Source: Eledone cirrhosa
Taxonomy: Eukaryota
DNA length: 64,000 nt
Direction: 5' to 3'
Assembly (NCBI GenBank): GCA_964016885.1
Contig: OZ024741.1
Span: 350,796,001 to 350,860,000 of the forward strand
Part shown: positions 50,835-63,714 of the stretch, one piece after another
How positions within the stretch are numbered: position 1 is the stretch's first letter
Layout of the letters: each line of letters begins with the position of its first letter
Made by a program: the position numbers and the translations under genes
Notes under the pieces: model-generated
Databases searched by the model: none
Told to the model about the DNA's origin: nothing
What the model saw: only the letters and a program-made list of their open reading frames with translations

Positions 50835-53800
50835 ATTCTAAACTTAATGGAAGAAAAAGTATCACAGCAATTAATACCTGGGCAGTATCTCTATTGAGGT
50901 ACTCTGTTGATTTTTGAATTGGTCAAGTGGACAACTCAAACAGATTGATAGAAAGACAAGTAAGACTGTAAGTGTTGGTAAAGTAGGTCAAAACAACCAC
51001 ACAGGCTGACCTTTTCAGCCAGATAGATATTGAGTTCCTTTGTTTTCGGGACTGCTGTTACCAGCTTCATCATCATCATCATCATCACCGTTTTACGTCC
51101 GTTCTTCCACGCTAGCATGGGTTAGACGGGTTGTCCTGTTGTGGGCAGTGGCTGGTCGGCTGACCATGTCTTGCTCATACAGGAACTGATTTGGCTTGAT
51201 TTCTACAGCTGGATGCCCTTCCTAACACCAACCTCATTTACAGTGAGTGATGGGTGCTTTTTCGTGGCGCCTACACGTCCACTTTAGTGTGGGCTGGGTG
51301 CTTTTTTGCCGTGTCACCTCCACGACCACCTTGCGGTGGGGGGTGTGGGGGCATATTGTCTATATGCTTCAGCTTGTACCCATGGAGAAAGTGTCTAATA
51401 GGAGTTCATCTGAGATAACTAGCTTCATCATCTCAATAAGTCTGTTCCAGCAAGTAGAACAATGAGTCATCAACAGACTCTTGCTTCAGCCAGCAGGCCA
51501 AAGCAGCAATCTTCTCATTGGCACTTCAACAAATGTTAGTCGCACACACTCATACACAACCTTGTTTTCCTATGTTCAGGTTATTCCTTAATAAAATTCA
51601 TTTAAGTAGAGATCATGGTTTATTGTTCATTCACTACAGTGCTTCATATAAGACAGACCAACCTTATACATCACACCCATCAAGCCAAAACTTTACTACC
51701 ACAAACACTGCCACACCACAATGAATGCAGCCCACTGAGCAATGGACAAATACCAATTCACATACCAACACCACAAATATTCCTAAATCATCACTCACTA
51801 TACGACTATAACAATATACAGCATATTTCATCCAAGAGATATTGGAGATAGATATCTACCAAAGAAAGAAGAAAGGAGGGGGCTAATTTCCATAAAGGAC
51901 TGTGTGATATGGCAGAATGTAGTCTGGAGGAATATATGATGAAAAATTCAGAAATACTTATATCTTCAGCAAGGGGAATACTGAAGTGGAAGTTGGAAAT
52001 GTAAAAACATAGAAAAGGAGGAAGAAAGGAGAAAGAGAAAGAAATATTTAGGGAAATGGCCTCTATTTAAGACAAACCAAGGAATCAGTAGCTTTTAATA
52101 AAAAATCCTGGTTATAGCTGAAAATTAGTGTGTTGAAGAAAGAAACTGAAAGTCTAATCATAGCTGCCTAATCACAAGTCTTATTTATTAAAGCAAAAAT
52201 AGACAAAACTGGTGAGAATACCAACTGTAGAATGTGCAGTGAGAAGGATGAGTCAATAACCCACACTGTAAGTGATTGTAATTACTTGGCTTAGAAAAAG
52301 TATAAGTGTCACCATGATTATGTAGCTAGAAACCCTGCACTGGGATATATTGTATCAATGAGAGTTTGAAGTGAGTGACAAATGGTATCAACAGCAAGCA
52401 GAGTGTGTTATTGAGAATGACAGGTTCAAGGTACTTTGGGATTTCGCAATCAAGACCAAACTGGTGACCAAATGCATGCACAGCATACAGAAATCATACA
52501 TCTCCCTCAAATTAATAAATGATCCTGGAGACTAATGATCCACACTTACCAGGTGCCGAGACTCCAAACCACCTGGCATCTAAGCTGACAATAACTTGTA
52601 ACGGGACCAATGCCCACAATGCACTCCTACCCCAGCACTTACACACCCACTGAGAACCCACGTGTGTGTATGCATGTGAATCTCATTCATGCATGCCTAT
52701 AGTATATACAATTTATATGGCATAAATATGAACATACACGTACCTGTCAGTATGCATGTAGGAATGTGTGTGTATATGCATATGCCTGCGTGTGTGTGTG
52801 TGTATATATATATATCCTCAGCCAAAACACAGGCCCAACTATGAGCAAGATTCGATGAAGTCAACTGGCCAGACCTACCTCCACCCAGCACCCAAATACA
52901 GATTCGCTTATGAGCAGGGTACAGTGCAGCCAACTGGCCAGACCTTCCTCATAATGGAACCACTCAGTTTCACACCATAAACATGGTTGGTGTTAGGAAG
53001 GACATCAAGCAGCTGAAATGTGGTACAGTATAAGCAAGGGACGACACAGCCAACTGGCCAGACTTGCCTCATAAGTGTGACCACCCAGTCTGACACTGTA
53101 AATGTGGTTAGTGTTAGGAAAGGCACCCAGCAGCTGTAAAAATCCTCAGCCATAGCAAGGTTCAACATGGTGTGGTTGGTGTTAGGAAGGGCATAGCTTC
53201 CATCAACTTTGAGCGCTCTTCTTATGCATGTCATCCTTCATATGCATCACATGTCCATACCACCACAATCTTCTCTCCTGCACATTGCATCTGATCCCTC
53301 TTATGCCCAATTTCTCTCTCAGTCATGCTTTGCCATTCATGTATATTACTATTACACATCCATCAAAGCATGCAAGCTTCATTTTTTTTCCTATGCAGGT
53401 CCTCTGCACACAGTGCCTATGTCTCACTGCCATGCAGCATTGCTGTTCGTATACACATTTCATACAATCTGCCCTTCAAAAGCTTTATCCAAGCCAACAC
53501 ATGCTAAGTAAGAGGGTTTCCTTTTTGCTAGCTACTTCTCCTGTAGTTGCCTCACAAGGAAGAGAGCATTTGTGGTACTGACACAAATCGAAACAGCATC
53601 TCAACTAGGTAGTGTTTATCAATTTTATATTAGATTATTCTGCATTGTATTGTAATGATTTAAGTTATTTTGTTTTATTTGTGCATTTGAAGCAGTTTAA
53701 GAAAGTATCTAAGCCAGATATTGGAGAGATAGTTATATCAACTATACTATACCATGGGCTTTTAAATCCTGATGAATTGTAGGAGCACTGTAGTGATATA

Positions 53801-55097
53801 TGGCATGTCTTGGGCATTTATATCTGGCAGAACCCATCCTTCTCCAGGATTGAACAGAACCAACTTGAGAAAGAGAATCAACCCCAGTATTAAACTGGTA
53901 TTTTATTCAACCTCAATAGGGTGAAGTCCAAAGTTGACTTCAACGATATTTTAACACAGAGTGCTGACTGAGACAGACATCACTTGCCCAAAGTACCACA
54001 CACATACATATATATAATGGACATCCACTCAATTTCTGTCTACCAAATTTCACTCAAAAAAGCATCAGTCAACCCGTGGCTATAGTAAAAAACACTTGCC
54101 CAATGTCATAGAGTAGAATTGAACCTTAAATCATGTCATTGTAGAACAAAACACAGCCATGCATGCACCTCACATATGGGTCTACAACCCCATGTATATC
54201 AAGGCCATCTTTACAACTTGAATTTATTAATAAGTTCTGTATTAGAGTCAACTAAATCAACCATATTTATTCCTCACAGATACATGATTTTATGCCATCA
54301 ATCTCACCAGTCTGGGAAAACCCAGAAAGGTCTTGATTATAGACTCTCTTCCTTTGACTAGAAAAGAATTCAACATTACTATCATCATCATCATTATTAT
54401 TATTATTAAAGGGCTCCCTTCAGTTATGAACGACCATGGGTTTTCACCTGGAAAGCTCTTCTCTTAAACTCAAGTTTAGGTAAGGTGTTTTCACGGAAGA
54501 CTAGCATGCCAGTCACCTATGCATGTCAATCTCCCTTCTCAATGACACCAATGTTATTCAATGGAAAGGCAAAGGCCCATGCAGCTTGGCATCATTGTTG
54601 TTGCTAAGCGGACTAGGGCAACTTAAAATAAAATGTCTTGCTCTATGACACAACTTGCAGTTTCTGTACAGTCAGGAAACTCACTTTTAATCTCGATATC
54701 CAATATTTTCATCCAACCATTTAATTCTTTCATTACCATATATCTAATGAAAGATGCTGCCTATGATCTTGGATTCGTTTTGAAAATAATTAAAGATTTG
54801 TAGGAATTTAGTAAAATAACTAAATTTCTTGTTATTAAATTGGTGTTTAGAAAATAATTCAACAAAGGTTCTTACATACAAATATGATGGAAGGTTTTTA
54901 GATAAATATAAACATTTTAAAATAAACAGCTTTGTATCGGAACCAGGGCCAGTTTCAAGTGGTTTGGTATCAAAAGAGTTAAACTTCTTACCACAGTCCC
55001 TAAGGCACCTATTGCCATTAGGATAACAACACTATCGTCATTATTATTATTATAAATAAACTTAGACAGGCTTTCTTGTTAACCATGTAAAAGTTTG

Positions 55098-56367
55098 TCA
55101 AAATCGCCTTTTTTTCTTACGAATGTTAAGACCTTTACCAAACCATCCTGGAATTGAGCGAGATCGAGACTGACTGAATAATTTACTTTGTGTGGAAGAC
55201 TGACAACCAGCATCCTCTTCTTTTTCCTCCCCTTCCTCCTCTTCGTTGTGGTCCCCAACTGATTGACCAGGTTCTGTTTTGAAATGGTCAAGATCAACTG
55301 GTGAAACTCGGTCACCAGTCTCCATATTCAAACTGGAATGACCCCCACCACTATCATCTTGCAGTCCTCCAAATGTCTTAGAGAACTTCACTTTGTTATA
55401 AAAACAACTGACACAGTAACGACCAGTATCAGTAGTAGTACTATTAATAGTAGTAGTAGTAGTAGTAGTAATAGTAGTAGTAACAGTAGATTTTGAAGTT
55501 ATATTGCTTATTAAGCACTTTTTAGTTTGGTTGCTGCAACTACTGCTGCTGCTGCTGCTGCTACTACTACTTCTACTGCTACTACTACTACTGCTACTAC
55601 TACTACTACTACTACTACTGTTATTTTTGTGACGAATCTTCGTAAATGACTTAGAGTTACTCAAACGTTTGGTAGTTGGACAATAGTCTAAGTTACATTT
55701 GCTATTCGTTGATGATTCATCTTGACCTGTTGGGGGTATACAATTGGCCAATACTGGCGGTCGACTGACTATGAAACCAGCAGCTTCAACAAGTGTGTGG
55801 AACTGGTTCCAAGCAAGGTAGTCATGATCCATTAAAACAGTTGCAACTGAGCACCAAGGTAAAGGAGGGGATTTTTTCTGTACAGTGTTATTAAAAGAAT
55901 TGTGGACAGTCCTTTGAGGTCGGCGGCGGCAATAAGCATGGTCTTTATCACAAGAGTTTTTCAGAAAACATAATGTACAATCACTGCTGTTGACAAACCT
56001 ACAACTACACATATTGCTTTTTAAAGTTAATTTTAAATCCATGTTATCATAACTATCATAATTGGAGTCTAAGGCTTTTGGTACGCTGCTGCATTCATCA
56101 TGTAGAAAACTCTTCCCAAATGAATTTTGTAAAAATGATAGTTCTTGACAAGGATATTGGCTTTGGATTTCTGTTTTAAAAGAAGGTATCATGGCAGGCG
56201 ATGATTGTCCTGTTTCCTTATTCTGTAGAGGTTCAGAATTCAATTTGTTGAGCTTCATACAAAATTTCTCCTTCATGGAGTCAGGCACTTTTAGTTGATT
56301 GAAAGCAGTACTTCTGTATTCATGGGCATGGAGAGGAACAGCAAGACGGAACATAGGATCCTTTTCT
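55098..56367 (-). CDS. SIRT7: Sirtuin-7, terminal coding exon with long low-complexity insertion
   Basis: Acceptor ttttgaaacag, phase 2. Begins EKDPMFRLAVPL (cf. SIRT7 QDPIFSLATPL) and ends PGWFGKGLNIRKKKRRF* (cf. the SIRT7 GWFGRG + basic C-terminus). Confidence 0.92.
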
Positions 56368-56574
56368 CTGTTTCAAAATAAAATTTAAAATATGTATATA
56401 ATCTAAAAAGAAATATATATATACACACACACATATGTATAACATCACACAGAAATATAATATATATATATAAAATACATATACACACACTCATACATAT
56501 CCGTTCTGTATATATCCACCATTCTAATGACTGTAAAAGGATAACTGTTAAGATATGATAAAATATAAACTTAC

Positions 56575-56641
56575 CTTAAATATTCAGAAATTTTCCACCC
56601 TAATGTTTTCATTATGTGATCCATGACATCATCACATCTTC
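56575..56641 (-). CDS. SIRT7: Sirtuin-7 exon (GRCDDVMDHIMKTLGWKISEYLR)
   Basis: aag/gtaagt sites, 67 nt, phase 1->2. Confidence 0.93.
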
Positions 56642-57143
56642 CTTTTAGGAGAAAATAGACAACAAGGAATTAAAAATGACTTTATAAAATGTGGAATTGA
56701 TACAAAAGATCTATGATTTAAAGGGAAGAAATGAGACATGTTATATTGACGTGAGGAGATTTGTGACATAAAGTAACTGGAATGGTTATTAGTGGAAATC
56801 AAAATCTAAATTCTATTTTAGCCTACCTCTAACATTAAACCACAGAACTTTTATACCCATCAATAACTAATAATATCTTGCTGTTCCTTCATAGGATTCT
56901 GGAATCCATTGGAAGGTAACTATTTCCATGGCAGTAACTGAACTCAGTACTGTAATTCAACACTGATGATATTACCCCACAGTACTGACTTGGAGAAAGA
57001 TGAACTCAGAAATAAAACATTGAAAACTAAATGCCTTAACCATGAGGCATAATATAGTGTTGGTGATAGAATGAGAATTGGCAACCTATTGTCTGATACC
57101 CTATTGATTCTGTCATCCATAATCTCTATGGTTAATAAAATGA

Positions 57144-57625
57144 AACTGATCATCAGATCAGACCAAAGAAACTGTTTATACTGATCTTTTCATTGTTGAT
57201 AGAATCTGTCAGTTATAATTCCTGACAGAAGAAAGGAAATGATCATCAGATCAGACCAAAGAAACAATGCTTCCATTGGTTTTTTTCCATTATTGATAGA
57301 ATCTGTCAGTTATAACTCCTGGCAGAAGAAAGGAACTGATCATCAGATCAGACCAAAGAAACAATGCTTCCATTGGTTTTTTCCATTCTTGATAGAATCT
57401 GTCAGTTATAACTCCTGGCAGAAGAAAGGAACTGATCATCAGATCAGACCAAAGAAACAATGCTTCCATTGGTTTTTTTCCATTCTTGATAGAATCTGCC
57501 AGTTATAACTCCTAACAAGAAAGGAATTTAACATTAGATCAGACTAAAGAAACAATGCCTCTATTGATCTTTTCATTGTTAATATTAACTGCCAGTTGCA
57601 ACTCCTGGCAGAAGAAAGTGGAATT
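57144..57625. repeat. Intronic minisatellite, ~96-bp unit x5
   Basis: GATCATCAGATCAGACCAAAGAAAC recurs at 57148, 57241, 57338 and 57434, and degenerately at ~57530. Confidence 0.95.
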
Positions 57626-57846
57626 AGAACACAAAATGGCAAAAGCCAAATCAGATACCTCAAAGCATCCCGTCTGACCTTTTTTAGCAATTCTGCTAAT
57701 CCACTGACCCTAGACAGGGAAATGTGGAGAAACACTATGAACAAGATAGCAACTGAGAACAAATGAATGACAGCTGTGAATTATAGATAATCCTATTCTG
57801 AAGTAGAGAGAGGATGAGAGCAGGCAGATGTTGAAATATTTCTTAC

Positions 57847-57967
57847 CATTGATCTTCAGAGTTGCACAATCATCTTTTGGTGTCCACTGTAAATTTACAA
57901 TAAATAGTTTGGGACGTTTCAAAGGTTTTCTGTCCATACACCATAAACAAGTGTATTTCTTAAGTAC
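57847..57967 (-). CDS. SIRT7: Sirtuin-7 exon ([41 protein letters not shown])
   Basis: tag/gtaaga sites, 121 nt, phase 0->1. [11 protein letters not shown] is characteristic of SIRT7. Confidence 0.96.
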
Positions 57968-58941
57968 CTAAGGGAAACATTTAGAAAAAGCAAAAACTGT
58001 TAAATGATTGATTGTACAATAGTGCCCTCCCCTCACCTCTCATTAAAGTAATAGACTCACAGGTAACATGAGATAATGCACGAAAAAATAGCAGGTTTAA
58101 TAATTCAAATGTTTATAGTATCTTTACTGGTGGATATGTTGCTGAAAAAATATGCAGTATTAACTCTTAACATCCTGTAATGATTTAGTACAAAATATCT
58201 AAAAACAGATCTGTTGCTTCAAATGTGTATAAAATCTTTATTACTGGACAGATTGTTGTGAAAATATGAAGTGTTATTTCATAGCATCCTGTAATGATTT
58301 AGCAGAAAATATCTAAAAATGGGTGTTAACCCTTTAATTATCAACCTGACCAAAACCAGCTCTGGGTTCATGAAATAAAACCACCCATTTTAAAGGTTTC
58401 CAATTTAAATTAAAATCTTCCAACATAATTTTATTTAAGAACCTTACATTAAGTTACTATAATAATTAGTTTCGTCTCTATGAACAGTTAGTTTAGTCTC
58501 TAGTCTCTAGTGTAGTCCACAACAGCCATTACTACCCACTACCACCCACCACTGACACCATCATCACCACTAGCAGCAGGACAGTCGATAAGTAGTATTG
58601 TTGGGGTTTGAGACAAAATACTTTACAGTTTTTATTTATGCTTTTTTATGGTCAGCATTAAAATCCTGCTGAGGTTAACTTTACCTTTCAACCTTCTAAA
58701 AAAGTTGATATAATAAAATACCAATCAAGTACTGGAGTCAGAACAATTGACTCTTCCCTGTCTTTCTAACCTCTGTTAGTGATCAATAATAATAAATAAA
58801 TAAAAACAAATAAAGAAATTATTATTAGTTCCTAAGAAACCTAGAATTGGAACACAATATATCTTAGTAGAGCAACTGCTGAAGATGATAACAAGAACTA
58901 CTACTACTACTATTGAAAGTAACTATAGGTAGTACAACAAC

Positions 58942-59178
58942 CTTCAAACTGGTTCCAAGGCACAAAATAACATCACAGTTTTTCGCTGCTGCTGCAGCCT
59001 CTTTCCATCTATATGGGGAACACAAGCGGCCTTTCTCACCAAAATGGACAATGGTATCATTAAGTGGACTTTTACAGTGGTGACAGCGACGGGCTGTATG
59101 ATGTTTGCGTACACCTGTTTTCTCAGTGACATCAAACAGGCGCAGGTATTCTTTAAAAGGTTTACATTTGTAACAAAC
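58942..59178 (-). CDS. SIRT7: Sirtuin-7 exon with Zn-binding module (VCYKCKP...RCHHC...DTIVHFGEKG...LCLGTSLK)
   Basis: Acceptor ttttttcag, donor AAG|gttgtt, 237 nt, phase 0->0. The true frame differs from the listed ORF. Confidence 0.96.
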
Positions 59179-59440
59179 CTGAAAAAAACAAAGGAAAAAT
59201 CAAAATGAAAATAGAATAAAAGTAACAAAGATAAGTGTTTTTAGGCCATTTTCCCTGCTAAATTCTCACTCCCTACCCTTCTGGCTTTCACTTCTTCCTC
59301 CATCATCTTTAGCCATATCTTTCTTAGTTTTCCCATCCCTCTACTTCCTCCCATATTCACTCCCATCAAACCTTTCAGCCAGTCACTTTCATCCTTCCTC
59401 AATACAAGTAATAAATATATTATGTTACTGATTTTGATGA

Positions 59441-59659
59441 TTAACCCTTTAGCATTTAAACCTGCTGTATCCAGCCAGAATTCACTCACCTCTTTCTGTT
59501 CAAACTGGCTGTAACTGGCTGCTCATACTCATATTAAGGTATTGTTCTCAAAATAAATAATATCAAAATCTCATAGATTCGATATAATTATGTGAAATAA
59601 AGCCTTTACCATGAAAATATAATAGTAAATATAGAGTAATGTAAATACTAAAGGGTTCA
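59441..59659 (-). mobile_element. MITE family 1 copy in SIRT7 intron
   Basis: TIRs and internal homology to the other five copies. Confidence 0.85.
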
Positions 59660-60029
59660 GAAGTTCTGAGTCTGACTCCACTACCTGACATCTTAGGCAA
59701 GTGTATTTTACCATAGCCTCAGGCTGATCCAAACCTTGTGAACAACAGTAAGTAGATGGAAACTGCATGGAAGCCTGTTGAATAGACTGCACCTATAATT
59801 CAATGGTCCAGACATGTCACGTTGAACAATCTCAATTGGAATTATGGTAAGAGTACACATCTGTGTAATACTCAGCCACTTACATGCAAATATAATGAGT
59901 AATTGACTAAACAACTGGAACAGATGGTGGGGCCCAAATTTGTTGAACTCCTCGTGATGGGCCCTGGAAAATGGTCACTAATCTTTGATTTCAGTCAGGT
60001 GAATGACAACAACCTGAGACCAACATCAC

Positions 60030-61520
60030 TGTTTAACGTCTATTTTCCACAATTGGAAATGGTTTGGTCAGCATGTTTTGCTCATATGGAACTGTTTCTG
60101 GTTTGATCTCTACAGATGGATGTCCTTCCTAATGCCAACCACATTATAGTGTGGATTGGGTGCTTTTTATCCTAGCACCAAAACAACCATCTGACATGGT
60201 GGACATGGTACCTTTTCATCGTGGTACCAGTGTGACCATCTTACAAGGTGGACTGGGTGCTTTTTAGTCACATCACCACCACAATCACTTTACAGGGTGG
60301 ACTGGGTGCTTTTTGTCATGTCACCAGCACAACCACCTTACTGGGTGGACTGGGTGCTTTTTGTCATATCACAAGCATGACCACCTTGAAGGGTGGACTG
60401 GGTACTTTTTGTTGTAAACTGCATGACAACTTTTTCGTCATGGTGGCAGGACTGTGGGGGAGGTGTAGAGTGCATCTAGTTTTCCATTCTTGTACACATG
60501 GATTGAGCAGGTGTAGAAGGGGGAGCGGGTGAAACAAGTATGCAGGCTGGGGATGAGAGAGTATAAGATGTGGGAAGGTATGTAGGCAACGGATGGGGAA
60601 GATTGGTGCAGACTAGTGTCCTCTAGATGTTTGCTTCATCCTGTGTACATGGGAAGGTGAGTCTTCTGCAGTACAGCATAATGCCAGAGACTCAATCCTG
60701 TATTATCACCTTTGAGAGATGCAAGGTCAGCTTTTATCACTTCCTTCCAAGTTTTCCTGGGTCTTCCTCTTCCAAAGTTTCCTTCAACTTCAAGGCCCCT
60801 GCATGTTTTGATACAGCTGCCATCCTCCATACACATCACAATCACCTCTCCTACTCACTGCAGCCGAACCATCCAATGCCTAGTTTCTCTCTCAGTTCAT
60901 TGATGCTTTGCTGTTCATGCACATTACTATTATATATCCATCGAAGCATGCACGCTTCATTTCTTTCCAATCTTTGTAGGTCCTCTGCACACAGTGCCCA
61001 GGTCTCACTTCGATGCAGCATTGCTGTTTGTTCACACTCATCATACAATCTGCCCTTCATTTTAAGGGTAAAACCTTTTGTAACTAACAGCAGCAGTAGC
61101 TCCTTGAACTTTTTCAATCCTGTTCTCACTCTGGTTACTGTACTTTCAGAACACACCTCCACTGCTAATTTAATCACCCAGGTAACAGAAGCTATCTACT
61201 GCTTCTACGGAACCTTCTGAGCATTTGATAGAGCTTGTTCCCTGTAAGCTCTATCTGTTTACTGCTCCTGTGCTTTGACAAAATATGAGACCTATGTTCT
61301 TTGTTAGCCTCCCTGAGATATGCGACTATATCTTTTATGTACACATAGTTTGCATTTGGACGTAAGATGGAATTTCTCCCCACTGTTTTCCTGCACATAG
61401 AGCAAGGCCATTTCCCTTCTTCTTTAATACTGCCATAGATTCAGTTACAATGGTTAGATCATTGGTATATAGGAATTCCCATGGGCAGCCAGTTTTAAAC
61501 TCTTCCATTATATCTTGGAT
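60030..61520 (-). mobile_element. Degenerate 5'-truncated RTE LINE in SIRT7 intron
   Basis: EFKTGCPWEFLY, RVRTGLKKFKELL and GRGRPRKTW. The 3' UTR has about six subrepeats at 60130-60420. Confidence 0.88.
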
Positions 61521-61686
61521 GACAGGTGACAATGATAGTGATGATGGAAATGAGGGTGGTAATAATGATGATGGTGATGAGTGTGTTAATAATAGTGAGG
61601 ATGATGATAGTGATGGTGATGATGAGAGGGACAATGATGATGGTAATGAGGGTGATGATGAAGGTAATGATGGGGATGAGAGTAAT

Positions 61687-61876
61687 TGTTTCTACTTTTG
61701 GCACAAGGCCAGCAATTACTCTGTACATTACTGGTACTTTATTTTATCGACCCCGTGAGGATGAAAGGCAAAGTTAACCTCGACGGGATTTGAACTCAGA
61801 CCGGAAAGAGACGTAACTATGCTGGAAAGCATGGTGTCCGACCCTCTACCGATACTGCTAATTCACCGCCCTTGGC
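61687..61876 (-). mobile_element. tRNA-derived SINE with 12-bp TSD GATGAGAGTAAT
   Basis: TSD at 61675-61686 and 61877-61888, B-box present, inserted in a GAT-rich low-complexity tract. Confidence 0.9.
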
Positions 61877-61945
61877 GATGAGAGTAATGATAATTGTTAT
61901 GATGATGATGGTGATCTTCACAAAACAAACATGCAGTGGTCATAC

Positions 61946-62044
61946 CTCTAAGTACATATTGCCATGAACCTCGGATAAAATTCTTTTTGAGAGACCACTT
62001 CTTAAATGGAGTCCATCACAGTTCTGGGATACAACATGTTTTAA
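61946..62044 (-). CDS. SIRT7: Sirtuin-7 catalytic exon ([33 protein letters not shown]); upstream exons lie beyond the window
   Basis: cag/gtatga sites, 99 nt. [11 protein letters not shown] and HGNMY.E are diagnostic of SIRT7 (SIRT6 has QNVDG). Confidence 0.97.
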
Positions 62045-63714
62045 CTGCAATTCACAAAGAAAATATAATGTCAATGTTTACAAATTAGCTGAGTTTATTT
62101 GAAGCATTGTGATATGAAGTTATGATTATTTTAAGCCAGTACAATGCAAGTTGGAAAAAATGGAGTGAAAAGTAAATCCAGACAAACAAAACTGAACAAT
62201 AGTTTACATTTTTACTTTATATTTCATGATATTTTGAGGTTAGAATCCGTTTTTCAAAAGAAAGGAAATAGAGAATGGTGTTGACGACATGTCAATGCTT
62301 GTTTAGTTTAAAATGTCAACTAAATGGTAGTAGAAGTATATAGTAGATGACATGGTAATGGTGGTGGTGCTCTCAGAATATTTCTCAAAGAAAAACAAAA
62401 ATTCTGACCTCATGTTAAAACGAGAAGGGATAAACAACATTCTCAATATGATTCCATGCTAATTTGGGGCTCTAAAAGACTTATGTAGCTCATTTTAGTG
62501 CATTTCTTCATAGAAATATAAGTTTACTTGACAATGAATTCATCCATTTCTTGAAATTCTTGATATTTGAAGCCTTGGATTTATGTTCTCTTTCATCTTG
62601 TGATATCTTGTGGCCATAATCAGCAACGGCCATATTAAATTGGCAAGAAATCTTTCTTTCTTGAAGTAAATATGTTCTTTTCTAAGCGAAAATTAATTAT
62701 AAAATTTTCACTTTACATTTCATCACGATTATCTGATCTACTCCCATTGATTTTTATATCAAAATAAAGCAAAAAAAAGTTCTCTTCAGGACTGTATCAT
62801 TTTCAACACAAATCAAGTTACAGTGTTCCAGCATATTGAACTAAAACTATTGTTACTGTTCAACAGTCATAAACGAAAATGGGATGTTGTAAATGGGTGG
62901 AAATATGAGGGTGATCAAGGGGATCTGGCATGATATGTAAGTGTCAGATTTTGATCAAACGTAAATGAGGAGAAAGTTCACATCCAGAACTTTCAAACGA
63001 TATATAATTGTCCACAGAAAAAATGTATTTTGACATGAAAATGATCAAGCAAAAAGAGGATTTTTGCATGGTCAAACTGTGCTTATTGCCCCTTCTCGAA
63101 GCTCTACTGTGATACCTAATTATAACTTAACATTTCATGAACTTACACTGTCTACAGCGAAGAAAGCTATTTTTATCACTTAGTCAGGGAGGGAAGGACA
63201 GTGCCCATGTGCCTTCTCTGAGATTTGTGAAAGGGAAGAAAGTAACCTCAAACCAGCGACCTGGCCTGAATGCTTGGAACAGAATGGGACTTTACTTAAA
63301 GTACCTAGGTGATATGACTAACCTTTTTGACATCAAACTGACAAAAACCCACTCTTGTTCTATGAGACAAAACCTCCACATTGTAAAGATTTCTTATTTG
63401 AATTAAAATGTTTCAACATAATTTATATAAACATCTTTTAAGTTATATTACAAATAACATTTTAATAATGAAATTATTAATTTTAGTAAATCCCTCCACA
63501 TTCTTTATTATTTAATTGAAATACAGTATGTATTAAAATGCACAGTGGAATTAAACCCAGAACAAACCATGTAATTTAGAAGTAAACTTCATTTCGATAG
63601 TTGTGTCTGCGACTTATACTTTAATAGCTAATATCATGTGTTATTACAAAATAATACTAAAGTAAAATTGTATATAATAACATGTGTGTGTATGCTTTTA
63701 ATGTTTTCAAGTCT

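Larger units (their letters stand above)
48242..52460. mobile_element. R4/Dong-type (RLE) non-LTR retrotransposon, decayed; 5' half inverted (48242-49900, minus), 3' half plus (49901-52460)
   Basis: Plus strand: IDYKKTYDSIPHS, DTLSSLLFVLALIPL, YKYLG, LKKETESLIIAA, CRMC..DESITH..S.C, KVLWDF. Minus strand: N-terminal MECYLRS...KGWL through PAKGNVQNNY. It abuts an (ATA)n tract and is interrupted by MITEs and an RTE fragment. Confidence 0.8.

Noticed and set aside
61450-61910. Asp/Asn-rich and Met-rich ORFs
   Set aside because: Degenerate (GAT)n low-complexity DNA with a SINE inserted.
62340-63130. Possible upstream SIRT7 exon or HNH-like snippet (INGSRSDNRDE on minus)
   Set aside because: There is no PTxTHM-type SIRT7 sequence and no sustained ORF. 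It is probably an old DNA-transposon remnant that I cannot classify.
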